Source of the DNA: Camelus ferus
Taxonomy: Eukaryota
DNA: 64,000 bases
Assembly (NCBI RefSeq): GCF_009834535.1
Contig: NC_045697.1
Span: 19,470,001 to 19,534,000, forward strand
Reading direction: 5' to 3'
A program made the translations under genes and the position numbers. The notes below the pieces were generated by a model that made no database searches, had not been told where the DNA came from, and saw nothing but the letters and a program-made list of their open reading frames with translations. Shown piece after piece: positions 46,650-59,414 of the stretch; positions within the stretch are counted from its first letter, which is position 1; each line of letters starts with the position of its first letter.

Positions 46650-47127
46650 TGTATTAGTTTCCTTTTGCTGCTGTAATTAATGACTACAGACTTAGTGACT
46701 TAATATTAATACGTATTTATTATCTTACAGCTGGGAGGATCAGAAGTCTGGAGTGGACGTCAGAAATCCAAAATGAGTTCTTTGGACTAAAATCAAAGTC
46801 TCAGCAGGGCTCCCTTCCTTCCGGAGGCTCTAGGGGAAATCTGTTTTCCTTGCCTTTTCCAGCTACTAGAAGCTGCCCACGTTCCTTGACTCATGCCCCC
46901 TTCTACCCCTTAGCTCTCTGCTTCTGCTGTCACATCACCTTCTCTGACTCTGACTTCCCTTTTTCTTTTATAAGGACCTTTGTAATTACACTACCCAAGA
47001 TAATCTTCTTGTCTTCAGATCCTTAATCACATCAGCAAAGTCCCTTTCGCCATGTAAGGTAACATATTCACAGGATCTGGGGATTAGGAGGCAGACATCT
47101 TTGGGGAGGTATTAAGTGCCTACCACA
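46650..47127 (-). mobile_element. MLT1C/D-type MaLR solo LTR
   Basis: tgtattagtttcc..gctgctgtaa...ggaggctctagggga..ttgccttttccagct...gcaaagtccc..gccatgtaaggtaacatattcacagg...tgcctaccaca. Confidence 0.85.
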
Positions 47128-47976
47128 ATTGGCTTTAAAACATTTCAAAAACATACAAAGGGGCTGAGAGGGGAACATTAGGTACCATGCCCCTCCAGGA
47201 ATCCCCTGACGTGTCTCCAGGAAGCCTGAGGACTGAAGAGCACAGTTTGAGGAAAGCAGTGCTAGCCTCTGTCCGCGTGGAGAAATCTGACCACCAGGCT
47301 TCGCTTACTGTATCTTGCGTGACTTTCCAACAGTTGACTTTGCAGCTGTCATTCAGCCTTTCCATTCTTAATTTTCTAACAAACTCCTTCAGACTTACTG
47401 CAGAAAACAAAACTTGACCTTGTTTTATCAGAGATAAAATCACTGCTTTAACTGATTATAAGAGAAAATGTCTCTCCAGAAGGGTAAGAGGCTTCCAGTC
47501 AACTCTGCATTCTTTGTTATCATTTTCTAATCATTTTTATTAAATAGAAAATAAACAGGTAATGAGTGGAATTCTTAAAGATAACCTTTTCTTCTTACAT
47601 CTGCACAGCTTTGTCTCTTGTCATTATGTGCCCCTCCCCCACCCCAACACACACACCTTTATTGAGGTCTAACCTTGGCGTTGATTGTGAAAGTTTAATT
47701 CCTTTTGGAACATTTTTCCTTTGAGATACTATTTGGGCTCTGACAAAACTTTGTGGATGTTTCTGACTTAATCTAAGAAAAAAAGGCACTGAGTTATATA
47801 TTTTAACTTATATATAATAGCAGTAAAAGTTACCTAATGGAGAATTAACCAAAGGAGAGAATAAACGTTTTTTTCTTAAAAGATATCTTTTAATGTCACT
47901 AGATCAGGAGACCCTTGGCCGCCTGCTGTATGACAATATTTAAAGAGAATTAGATTTGATAATTGTCCTCAATGTT

Positions 47977-48322
47977 TGTATTAGCCAGTTTCAGCTGCCA
48001 TAACAAAACACATAGACTGGGTGCTTTAAACAACAGAAATTCATTTCACATAATTCTGGAGGGTGGGAAGTCCAAGATTAAAGTGCCAGCAAGGTATGTT
48101 TTATTCTGAGGCATTGTCTCTTGGCTTGTAGGTGACTGCCTTCTCCTTGAGTCCTCACATGGTAGAGAGAATGCACTTGAGTCCTTTTCTCTTCTTGTAA
48201 GGGCACCAGCCTTATTGTGTTAAAGTCCCACCCTTATGACCTCATTTAACCCTAATCGCTTCTTTAAAGGACTTATTTCCAATACAGTCATGTGGAGGGT
48301 TAAGGCTTTAATATGCAATTTT
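47977..48322 (-). mobile_element. MLT1A0-type MaLR solo LTR
   Basis: tgtattagcc..gctgccataacaaaa..agactgggtg..ttaaacaacagaaatt...ggaagtccaagat...cccacccttatgacctcatttaacc. Confidence 0.85.
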
Positions 48323-48347
48323 GTTGTTGTTGTTGTTGTTGTTGTTG
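48321..48347. repeat. (TTG)9 microsatellite
   Basis: Directly visible. Confidence 0.95.
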
Positions 48348-49117
48348 TTTGGTGAAAAATGTCTTTAATATGGTTGTTGCAGACCCAGAGTTTTGAAGTG
48401 GAGGTGCTGTTGGTGGGAGAGCCACAACTTCATGAATCAATTCCCAGGTACAGGCCGTGCCCCACTAGGCAAAGAGAGAACCATGAATGCCCCCAGAGGT
48501 GGAAACCACTGGGGGAACTGGCCTCGTGGGCTCAAATGACATGGGGAGGAGAAAGAGCCTAATGTAAACTGTAAAGTGTTGGAGAGGCGGAGTCATGGTT
48601 GATATTCCAGAGCCAGCTCTTTGGTCCTTTGCAGCTGCTAGGCTGAATATGGGGCTTGAATTCCGCCTTCCTGATGACATACAGATTTGTGGACAGCGTA
48701 GCTCAGTCCGTAGTCTGCCCCCAGGGCATCACAAACGTTTCCTGATTCCTGCAAGACCTTGGCCATTTCATTCCAAAAGATGGTTTATATAATGATGAGA
48801 AGCAGAAGAAGCAGAAACATGAACAGGTTTTTGAAACTCACATCTTGTTCTTTGTTTCAGGAGATTAGTCATCCTTGCTTTTTTGCAACATTTCTTGAAC
48901 ACAACAGAAAAATCCTGCCTTCAAGACCCCCCGAGTCAAGAAAAGCTCTAACTCAGTGCAATCACTGTCCATCATCCAGTTACCTCCCCTTTCAGGAAGA
49001 AGTAATCATATCCACCAGGCCTGACTGTAGATAATTTTCTCTCCTCTTCTCTCCTAAGAGGGGTGAGGGCTGGGTTTCTTTGTTGCTCAGAACTTTGAAA
49101 TTAAAAAGAGAGCTTTT

Positions 49118-49266
49118 GGGAGGAGGGTATAGCTCAGTGGCAGAGCACATGCTTAGCATGCATGAAGTCCTGGGTTCAATCCCCACTACCTCCATTAAAT
49201 AATAAGTACATAAATAAATAAGTACATAAATAAATCTAATTACCTCCTCCCCCAATGTTTTTTTTT
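49118..49266 (+). mobile_element. Vic-1-type camelid SINE (tRNA-Ala derived)
   Basis: A box TAGCTCAGTGG (49130-49140), B box GGTTCAATCC (49173-49182), anticodon-like loop TTAGCAT; TSD AAAAGAGAGCTTT (49104-49116) / AAAAGAGAACTTT (49267-49279). Confidence 0.9.
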
Positions 49267-49399
49267 AAAAGAGAACTTTCAAGAGAGGTCTCAGAAACCA
49301 GTGAGGATGATATTGATCATTATCAATATTAACTTTAAGGGAAAGATTTCTTGATATTTTCTCCAGGAATTCTGCCCCTGAAAGTAGGGTAGGTGAGTA

Positions 49400-49766
49400 G
49401 GAACAGGCCCAGAAGATTCTCAGCTATGGTGCCAGCATGACTCTTGTGAAAGGAAAGAGGAAGAATGGACAATTAGGAAGAAGCAATCTTAGACTGCCCG
49501 GCAGCTGAGAGTCCTGGCCAGGCTGACGAGAGTCTCAGAGATGAGACTGCCCATCAGAGAAGCTGCGTTGGGCAGGAATTGTCCAGTTCTAGTCCCCTGC
49601 CGTGCTCAGCTACTGCGAGAGAGCAGCCCCCAGGAGAGCATGGCCAGACGTGAATGCGGAGGCAGGTCGGCAGGCGTGGCAGCTGGAGAATGTCATCTGT
49701 CCATGCCTCTCATAGCAGGTTCACCTGAAGGGACATGTGAGAGGTGGACCTTCATGGACACCATAC
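49400..49766 (-). mobile_element. ERVL LTR16-family fragment
   Basis: gactgcccatcagagaag..gggcaggaatt...gagcagcccccaggagagcatggcc...cctgaagggacatgtgagagg. Confidence 0.6.
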
Positions 49767-50779
49767 CTTTCATTTTCTACATTATAAAAATAGTGAATTG
49801 ATTAATTGAAGCAAGACAAAAGGAAAGGCATCTACCTGGATCTTGGACCAGAAATCCCTGAAACAATTATATCTACATCTATATCTAGATTTATATCTCT
49901 ACCTATCTATCTGTCTGTCTGTCTATCTAGTCTTTCCTACATTTAAGTAGTTATTTAGTGCAAGGAGACCAAATACTGTGCTTGAAATAGAAGAAAGTGG
50001 CTTTTTATCAGTCTAAAAACCTGATTCCCAGCCTGAATTTAGCCAGTCTCCAAGGAAACTCTTATCACTACAAAGAAGTAATAGAATTTACCTGACAGTC
50101 ATCAAATTAAACTATTTGTAAATCACATGCGTTGAAGAAAAAAAGCAATTTGGTGGTGGGGAGGGGGTAAAATTCCCATTCAAACTTTCCTGTTTTAAAA
50201 CCTCCTTCTCTTTTTCTATTTGCATAGGCCAACAAACTTGTCTGAATCACTACTGAAAATATAAAACAAAAAAGTAATGAAAACAAATCTCTTGGTGACC
50301 TCACCCTCTCACTCCAAGCAAACAAACAAATTAGCAACTCTGTTTCTATCTCTGTACATTTAGTGCTTAGGAATAGATTAGCAGAATATAAAATGATATA
50401 TAAATGCTTGTAGATATAAATGAATGAATGAATATATAAATAAAATAATGAATGAGTAAATGAATGGATAAATGAATAAAAGAATAATTGTGTGATGGTA
50501 TGCTTTTAGTATGGGTGGAAAGAAGTGAATTGGGGAGGGAAATAATTAGTTTATAATTTCAAAAAAAGTCACAGCTCCAAAATTGAGGAAATCATGGATT
50601 GATTTCCCAGGGTCAGGGGTATATGATTGATTTCATATCCTGCACATCAATTAGGCAGTATTAATCAGCTTAATACTTTGAGAAAGAGCCAAAATAAGCA
50701 TTCTGCAAAGGTGGCCAAGAAAATAAGCCTGTCTATCTTCGTCGGATCCTATAAGAAATGTGCACATCTTTCTGTATAT

Positions 50780-50950
50780 TGTGAAAAGAATCCTCCTTTG
50801 ATTCAGAAGACAAGACTGGAGTCTGGCTCTGCCACTAACCAGGCTTATCCCCTGAACAACTCACCTCACTTCCTTATATTCAAGTTTTATCTTTCTCTTG
50901 GTGAAATTAAACAGTCTCTAAATCCCCCAGCAGGCTAGAAACTCCATTTA
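50780..50950 (+). mobile_element. MIR3/MIRc SINE
   Basis: gagtctggctctgccactaacc...gtctctaaatcccccagcaggctagaa. Confidence 0.55.
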
Positions 50951-51622
50951 AGTAAATTGACGAGCTTAGGCTCTTGTTGGGGTGGGCTGTGGGAGAGCCC
51001 TGGAGATTATAGCTGGGGCATGCTATAAAGAAAGAAGCCAGCTAAGGGTAATGTGGACAAAGACAATCGAAGACCTACTTGGGGAAATACTGCAAAAAGC
51101 TGTCTAGAAGAATCTCAAAGTGATTTTCAAACAACACCCAAGTATTCCCAAGGATGCTTGGGGCAAGACAGTGCTCTGCTCTTTCAGACAAGAAAATACG
51201 TACTGTGTTCTGTGAACTTGAATATAGTCAAGGACATACATTGTACCTATGTGCCAAACCAGCCTTGTCGGGACAAGGTACTTTCTGGGAACAATTCTTT
51301 TCTGGAACAAAGCTCTGTGAGGTATGCGGGAACATGTAGTAGTTTGAATATTATCTCTAAGCTAATGTAAATGTTTTTTGTGCAAGTTTTGAGAGAATTA
51401 AGTTCAGATATTATGAATATTATGCATGATAATGGGAGTCTTTGAAAATCATGTGGTAAATTGTGTTTTAGATATTATGATGACTTCACCAATTTACTAC
51501 GAACCTCATTGATTCATCAATGGGGTCAGGAGAGAAATCTTCCTGACCTACTGCGTTCCTACCATTGATGAGAAAGACAGATCCCACAAGTATATTTGTG
51601 TAGGTTTAAAGTAGCTGCACTC

Positions 51623-51688
51623 AATTTTTTAAAAATAATATTGCCGTCACTTGTTTGTTTGGCTTTTGTTGGGGGGAAGTAATTAGGT

Positions 51689-51735
<47 letters not shown>

Positions 51736-51842
51736 TTATTTTTCCTTTTTAAAACATTTTTTAACAGAGGTACTGGGGATTGAACCCTGGACCTTGTGCA
51801 TGCTAAGCACACGCTCTACCACTAAACTGTACCCTCCCCACC
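51623..51842 (-). mobile_element. Vic-1-type camelid SINE with expanded (TAAA)n and an extra 3' segment
   Basis: Minus strand GGGGAGGGTACAGTTTAGTGGTAGAGCGTGTGCTTAGCATGCACAAGGTCCAGGGTTCAATCCCCAGTACCTC; TSD TTAAAGTAGCTGCACT (51606-51621) / TTAAAGCAGCTGCACT (51843-51858). Confidence 0.9.
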
Positions 51843-52259
51843 TTAAAGCAGCTGCACTTAAATAAAAGGTATCTGGTCATTCAGAAGTTTGAATGCATAC
51901 AAGAGAAGTGGGGTGACCAACTAGAACTTTTTAACTCTTTGTTAGCCACACTTAATGCCACGGGATCCCAGGCAATAAACCAAAGCACTACCCTTTTTAG
52001 CTTGCAAATAGTATTTTAAGTGATTTTAAAATATTCTCTTTAACCTACTAGGGCACATGTTCATTAAGCATGGAGTCAGAAGAAAGACAGAAACCACATT
52101 TCTTGCCTTTCCTTGTTCTGTGGCTGTTTCCTCTCTTGATTTGGCTTAGGGTCAAGATCACCTCTTGCAAATTACTGAGTCATTTATAGGATGCCAGTCC
52201 ACTGTTCCCACCTTCTAGTTTACTCCTTTAAAGATTCTGATCACAAATTTGAAGATTGG

Positions 52260-53806
52260 CTTTGGCAAGGGCTACCAGTCCAATATTATTTGATCTCTTG
52301 CAGTTGTCAGTTTGGATGATTCCTTCCTGATGTTCTTTTCTCCTTTGGTTCTGGGACTTCTTCAGATTCCTCTTTATTCTCTGATGCTTTCTTTTCAATC
52401 TCTTTGGAAGATTCTTCTTCTTTTGCCCCCCTCTTCTCACCTGGGAATTATCTAGACTCCTCTTTTTGTCTTCAAATCTGCAATAGTTTTCTACTGTTGC
52501 CATTACAAGTTACCACAAACTTAGTGGCTTCAACAACATAAATTTATTATTTTATAGTTCTTTAGGTTAAAAGTTTGACATAGGTCACACCAGGTCTCAC
52601 CAAACTGACAAGGTGACAAGAGGTCAGCAAGACTGTGTTTCTTTCGGAAGCTTCTAGAAGACGATCTGTTTCCTTGTCATTCATTCTTAAACAGACTTTA
52701 GCTCCTTGTGGTTGTAGGACTGAGATCCCTGCTTCCTTGCTGGCTATTAGCTGAGGCCCATTCCCAGCTTCTAGAGGCCACCCATGTTCCATGGTTCATG
52801 ACTCCCCCCCCACCTTCCTCCATCATTAAAGTCAGAAATGGAGGGTTTTATACCTGTCATACTTGGAATCTTTCCTCTTTCCATTTCATCTCTCTCTGAC
52901 TATAGCTGGGAAGCTAGGAAAGTTTCTATACTTTTAGGAATTTAGGGGACTAGATTGGGCCCACTTGGTTGATTCCATATACGTTCCCCATTTTAACGTT
53001 CATGACCTTATTAACATTGGCAAAGTCCCTTTTGCCGTGTAAATAGTGTGTTCACAGGTTACAGAGATTAAGGCATAGACATTTTGGGGGAGCCATTATT
53101 CTTCCTACCACAACATCCAAAATCTAACTTATTATCCCATCCAGTAGTCTGCCTCCTACCTGCTTTCATATCAATCCTCTACTGTGTATACTAAAGTCCG
53201 TTGTTTCTAATCAACAACTTCAGGCATCATTTAGATGTCTATGATTTGTCACAGCTTCCCAATTCCCCTCAAAGCTGATGAAGTCCTTTCTCTTCTAGAA
53301 AACTTGCATTGGCTTCTACTGCCCCCAGAATAAAATTCAAAATCTTTATCAATGCCTAAAGATTCTCATCTTTCTTTTCCCCCTGTTCTTTTCTGAGGTC
53401 CTCCCCGACTCCATCCCTTTCTTCTTCCACATCCTTCGTCTAGGTTGAGCCAAGTCTTAGTGCCTTGGTTTACATTTTTCTTTCCACCTGGAACATATCC
53501 CACCTTCAGCTGCTCAGCGAGTGTCTTCCAAGTCAAAATGCTCCATGCACTGACTTTTCCCTTGTCTTTGACTACCATCTCCATGCTACTGGTCTCCCAC
53601 AGAACAGAGATTTCTGCTATAACATCTTTCTCACTCTATTGTCTTTACTTTCTTTTTTTTTTTTTTTTTTTTTTTTGGTCTATAAAGTCATGGAGCATAA
53701 GGACTTGGAATTATTCATTTTTGTATTCCATTGTCTAGAAGAGAGCCTGGAAAATATTTGGTACTCAATATATAATTATAAATAAATGAAAAAATGAGTG
53801 AATGGA
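52260..53806 (+). mobile_element. L2 LINE 3' region, split by an MLT1 LTR
   Basis: tggcttctactgcccccagaataaaattcaaaatcttt...cacctggaaca...gtactcaatatat..aatgagtgaatgga tail. Confidence 0.65.
52479..53112 (-). mobile_element. MLT1E-type MaLR solo LTR
   Basis: tgcaatagttttctactg..ttaccacaaacttagtggctt...ttcccagcttctagaggccaccc...gcaaagtcccttttgcc...cctaccaca; flanks AAATC/ACATC (4/5 TSD). Confidence 0.85.
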
Positions 53807-56565
53807 TAAGTAGTTTGTCTCTTGAGGAACTACATATGTTTCATAAAAATTAATTAAAAAGTACTTCTTTATGGTTTTCTCCTTATTAAGCACTTGAACT
53901 TATTAAGTGTGTGACCTGTGTATGACAACTGGGTCATCATTTTTGTGAACTGTAGTTAAACCAACACATTAACTGTATTTTCTTCCAAATGTCTAACACT
54001 GAGTTCTGTACATGGAAAGTGCTTGATATATCACTATTAAATTGAATTTCTGGCTCTTGCAGGAAACATAAGTTGAAGGGTCTGGAACTGTGGGACTCTG
54101 CATTTCCTGCACCCACATAATACTGAGGATGTAGTTGACTGGGTTTAGGGGCCAGTACTTAGAACATGCAAAGTCTGGATTTTCATGGATTTGATTTTTG
54201 AATTCTAGTCCTGCCTTAGACACTTGGTTAGGCACATGACTTTAGAGATTATATACATCATTGTTCTGAAAATGTTTTACTGTCAAATAAGGGTTTTAAT
54301 TATGTGATATTTAAAACCCTCACACATTTTTTTTTCCACATTAATAAGAATTTCTTGATTGTTTCTGTGTTACTGGCACTGAGCTGAGAGTCTTGCAAAG
54401 AAGTATTCCATCATGGTCCTTGCCCTCGGGATGTAACCCAGCTGGGGGGCCAGGGGGGTTGGTAGAAAGAGATGGTTTGATAACAATGATAAGTTTGATG
54501 CACAGCCTGAAGCATGAAAAGGATGTTTATACTCATTCTTGGCTTTTGTTTTCCTTGCACTTTACTTCCTGAGAAAGCAAAATACTTGGCTTTTAGCTCT
54601 TCCTTCATCCACAGGTGTGCAATCTTGAGACAAAGGGTGGAGATGCATGTTTACAGCAGGGGTGAGAGATGCCAGCTGAGGCCGTGGAGTGGGCTTGTAG
54701 CTCATGAGCCTGGCCTCCAACCGAGATTCTAGCAGGGCTGGCGGTGAATCAGTGCTCTGGAAATAGCCCTAGGAGAGCAATGACCAGGCAGGCCCCCTCT
54801 TGTCTCTCTACGTTTGAAAAGGCTGTGGCTAAAATACATTTCAGAAACTAAAAACTGAAACAAAATGAAACAAAAACAAGCTTTCTCACCAGCAGCAAGG
54901 GAAAAATAACAGAATATTCACTACAGGTCAGAATGCAAGGACGAACATGGAAACTCTGTTCTTACGAATTACTTAGACAAATTGAGATCTTTGTCATCTC
55001 CATTTTCATAATATCGATTTTGTTGTTTATCTTGCTTGATGGAGTGAATGGCCTGAACTAGCTTGGTTTACAAGGAACACTGCTGACATAAATGGTTGTG
55101 GCTGAAACAGTGTTTGACAGATATTCATAACAAATTCTACGCCTGAAGTCAAGCTCTCAAATTAAAAGAGCACCTTTTCTGGAAGGATGATGCCCAGCTG
55201 ATCTTAAAAGGATCGTTTCTTTGGGAGAAGAAGTGAGGTAGAACAGAGTAAAATACAGAAGGTAGAGCAGAGAAAATAGGATGAAAGAGGATGCAAACAG
55301 AAAGAAGGAAATCATTGTTATTAGGAGAAAAATAGCATTTTTCTCATAATTTTTGATTCAGCAAAGGAAACTTGGTGAATAACGCTCTTCTCTTGGTGGC
55401 GTCAGAATGGAAACAGGGAAAGAGAAAGACTCAAAACTATGATAATATTGCTTCTCTGAGGGAAGAAAAACCAATACTTTGACCTGGGGTTGTGCTTTTT
55501 CTGTTTTAAATGAGCTGTGCCAGCCTTCTCTTATTGGAACAGGTAATGGAGATGTCACTGGATTCATGAGACCTATGATATCAAGCTTCAGCAACTCTAC
55601 AGCGGTGTCCTAGACCGAGGCAAGAATAAAACACTCCATAAACACAGTGGTTCGACTTCAGCATACGTTTGGAGTGGGTGCCTCGTCTTCTCCAACATTT
55701 TTTTTTTTCTGACATAGAAAACTTCTAACGTCTGTAGACGCATTAAGTCCTCATTTACTTAAGGGTTTGGGCGTATTGGAAAGTATTATGAGGGAGTCAC
55801 TATTCTCAAAGTCAAAGCAATCATTTTGTTTGAGAGAGAAGAATAGTTTCTCCCATTCAATGGCTCCTTCACGGCATCCTCTGTGCTCTGTTGAGCAGGC
55901 ATTGAATACCATCTGCCAATTGAAAAAGGTGTAACTTTCCCTAACCCAAGGCGCTAAGGGTACTTATGCTTCCAACACCAGTTAAAAGCTTGGAGAAAAG
56001 CAGAGAACGATGATTATTGCATCTCTCTCTGCTTGGGCTGGAGATAATGAACCACCCCCGCTGCCCCTGTACATGCATAACGCCTACTGATGTCAACCAG
56101 AGCCTCATGGTGTGCAGGAGCCGTTAGATTACATGTATCATCCTGAAAATAATAAGGACAAAGGGACACCTTTTTTTTTTTTTTTAACTTGGCAAAGAGA
56201 GCGTCTATGGTTCCAAGTCTCTCTAGATAGTCCCAATTAAGAAGAAATAATTTTCCTAGAGTGTCTGCCTGTGTTTCAAGGTGAGCTTTTATGAGGAAAG
56301 GACAGAGCAGTTCCCGAGACTGTTTCAGGTTTCCAAAGTCATTTCTCCTGGGAGACATGATTAGGAAGTGTTAGCAGTCCTCTCAGAGATTGATCAAAAA
56401 CATGTAACTTCTATATATAGCAAGGGGAATGAGGAAAGTTAAAAGCAGAAAGCAAAAAAAGTGAAAATTCTTTCTCAACTGCGGGAGGCGAACTGCTTCT
56501 TTTGGAAATTACTTAACTCCTTTGGGCTTTTTGTTTCCTCTTGTAATGAGGGCTTGAGTGCAGAT

Positions 56566-56743
56566 CAGTGTTTCCCAAACTTAGCTCATCATGGGTGTAA
56601 CTTGGGGAACTTGTTAAAAAAGAAAAATAGTAGATTTATAGTTTCCTCTCTTGGGAATTCTAATTCAGGGGATTCTGGGTAAGTCCTGGCACCCGCATTT
56701 TAAGCAAGTTACTTTGATAATTATGTAAGTTGGGAAAACATTG
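56566..56743. mobile_element. MER5-group hAT-Charlie element
   Basis: Terminal inverted repeats cagtgtttcccaa...ttgggaaaacattg; internal ggggaacttgttaaaa. Confidence 0.65.
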
Positions 56744-57089
56744 GTAGATGTTCTCTGGTGTTCTGAACATGAGAATTCTTTCTTGTTTTATTGTTCTTTC
56801 TGTATGAGATTAGGGACTGGCCTTGTGTAAATAATGACGAGTTGCATTTGGAGAGACCATATCTGGCAACCATGTCTAGTTATTGGCCACAGTGGGCACT
56901 CAGAGGACAGATTTCAGAGGTTGGGAAGAAGTCTACTCTGGCAGACAGGACATAATATTAAATGCTATAGCCACAGGGAGCAGACACTGATGCTAGCAAG
57001 GTAATGGATCTGTCCAAAGAGTTAGGTAGAGAGGAGATGCTGGTCTCTCAAATTCAGGTCTATCAGAAGGTCTTTGACTTCATTGTTCC

Positions 57090-57450
57090 TTGTACAACAC
57101 AAACCACTGTCCCCATGTCATTGCTTCAAACAAAAGCCTATGGTTATCCTTGATTCTTCTCATGCTCTTGCCTCTGAGCATGATTAAGCCTTCACAAGTG
57201 GGCTATATCTATCCTCTTTCCAACACATATCCTGAATCTGACTTCTCACCATCATCAAAGCTACAATCTTAGTCTAAGGCCCCACCGTCTCGGGTGTGAA
57301 CTACTGCAGTAGCTTCCTAACTGGTCTCCTTGTCTCAAATCTTGCTTCCTTGCCATCCTATAGAAGGAACTAGTATAATCTTTTAAAAACATAAATCATG
57401 TTATATCACCCCCGTACTTAAACTTCAATCAGGTCTTCTCCCAAAACTCT
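57090..57450 (+). mobile_element. L2 fragment
   Basis: cctgaatctgacttctcacc...ctactgcagtagcttcctaactggtctcc...atcttttaaaaacataaatca. Confidence 0.7.
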
Positions 57451-57829
57451 CTTAGATGCAGGTTATAGTAGAGGGTCTATTTTTTTCCCCAATGGAAAAA
57501 ACAATTTGAGAATGCTTAAGGTCACTCCATGACTAAATGACACCCAAATGTTTCTTAACTCACAAAAACAACATTTTTTCTGAATTCCCTTTTGCTGCAT
57601 TGCCTTTGCTGAGGTGTAATTGACTGAAACTTTTGCACATATGAAATCTTCATCTCTCTTAATCATATCAAGTGAATTCGGGAATCCAATTATGCTTGCT
57701 GCTTCTCTTGAATGCAGTCAATGGTCTGTAGTTTGCTGTTAGGAGTGCTTTCTCAATCAATTATTTACAGTGACTTTTTTTTTTCCCGCTGAAGTCCCTT
57801 TCCTTCACTAAACATTGGATTAAATGATC

Positions 57830-58245
57830 TCTAGTAATAAAGACAGTCAGGTGAAGTGCTGGAGAAAGGCATTATGGGAAGAGGGAACAGTAGGTCTGAA
57901 GGTACAGATGTGTGAAGTAGCAGAACAAATTTAGGACACTGCAAGTCATTCAGGGTCTTTTGACTGAAGTGAACAGTGCTCTAGGAGGCAGAGGGAGGTG
58001 AGGTCAGGGATGTGAACAGATACCAGGTCATAAAAGTTCTGGTGAACTGCATTAAGGGATTTATATTGTGAAATTTATGGAGAGCCATGGGATGTAATTC
58101 AGGCAAGTTGGATGATAACGTCTGAAGTGTGGAAGGACCTCTCACATCAGTGTAGCGGGAAAGATGGTGGTTAAGGGTATGAAGCCAGACAAAACAGAGG
58201 TGGTGGATTGACAAGACATGGGGAGGAAATAAAAATCAGTATCAG
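57830..58245 (-). mobile_element. L2 fragment
   Basis: gaagagggaacagtagg...gaggtgaggtcaggga...atggagagccatggga. Confidence 0.6.
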
Positions 58246-58254
58246 GAAATCTTA

Positions 58255-58990
58255 TAGAGTCTACCTTCAAATTATAAATAGAACATGACCAATTCTTACC
58301 ATGTACACTGTTACCATCTTGGTACAAGACATCGTCATTGCTCTCCTGGTTACTGAAGTGGACATCTAAAAGTTCTCGTGTTTTTGTCCTTGCTTCACCT
58401 CTGTCTGTACTTTATTGTCAACCTAGTAGCCAGAATGATACTTTGAGAACATAAATTATATGATATGGCTTTTCTCCGCAAAGGTTTCCAGTGGCTTCTC
58501 ATCTCACTCAGAATAAAGTCAACGTCACTGTGATAACTACAAGGCCTTACAGAAAATAACCCCTTGTTGTCTCTGTCATCTCATCTGATGAATTTCCCCT
58601 TCTCACTCGGTTTCATCTACACCAAACTCCCTCTTCTTTCAAAAGACTAGGCATGTACCTTTTTTAGGGCCTTGCGATGGCTGTTCCCTCGGCCTGGAAT
58701 GCTCTTCCCACAGATATCCATACACAACTAATTCCTTGATCCCCTTTACGCAACGATCAACCTCTTTTAAAATTGTCACTTACTGCAACTTCCTGCCTTG
58801 AACACCCTAGATTTCTTTTATCCTGTTCTATTATTTCCCACAACACTTGCCACATTGCAACATACTGTATGATTTACCGACCTTTAATTTTATCATTAAT
58901 TTATTTATAAATTTTGGTCTATACTGTAAGCTCCACAGGCTGGGGTCTTTTCCAGTTTTATTCAAGGATACAGTCCAAGAGCCTTTCAAA
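58255..58990 (+). mobile_element. L2a 3' region
   Basis: tctaccttcaaa...ttccagtggcttctcatctcactcagaataaag...gctgttccctcggcctggaatgctcttccc...ctgtaagctccac. Confidence 0.8.
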
Positions 58991-59414
58991 GACAGCAGGC
59001 TTGAGAAGAACTGTAGGAATGGGAAAGGTGAGGTTTCCTAGGATGTTTTTTTTCTTCCAGAATTCAAATAAGCATTAAAGGAACAAATATCACTTGCAAT
59101 TTGTCTCCTAGGGTTTTAGAGTTTTGGGTAATCCAACTCTAGGATCAGCTGATTGCTTTCAAAAGAGATTAAAACCTCAAGTACTCTATCTCCAGGGCCT
59201 TGGGATTCCTCTCTGGCTCTATGTCTTTACCATCTATCCAAACAGAGTGGCTATGCCAAGAGTGAGTCTCATCTAACCGTGTGATATTGCTCAGGGGGAA
59301 TAAATATCTATACGCAACATTGATTGACTTCCATCTCTTAGAACAGTAGTTCTGAAAGTTGTTTGTGGGGTAAAACTTTTATACATTATGAGAAAAATAC
59401 TGGCATTTAATTTT

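Noticed and set aside
49121..49195. tRNA-Ala(AGC) gene (also at 22665-22740 and 51767-51839)
   Set aside because: These are SINE heads: they are followed by the shared (TAAA)n/CTAATTAC tail, flanked by TSDs, and carry stem-breaking substitutions
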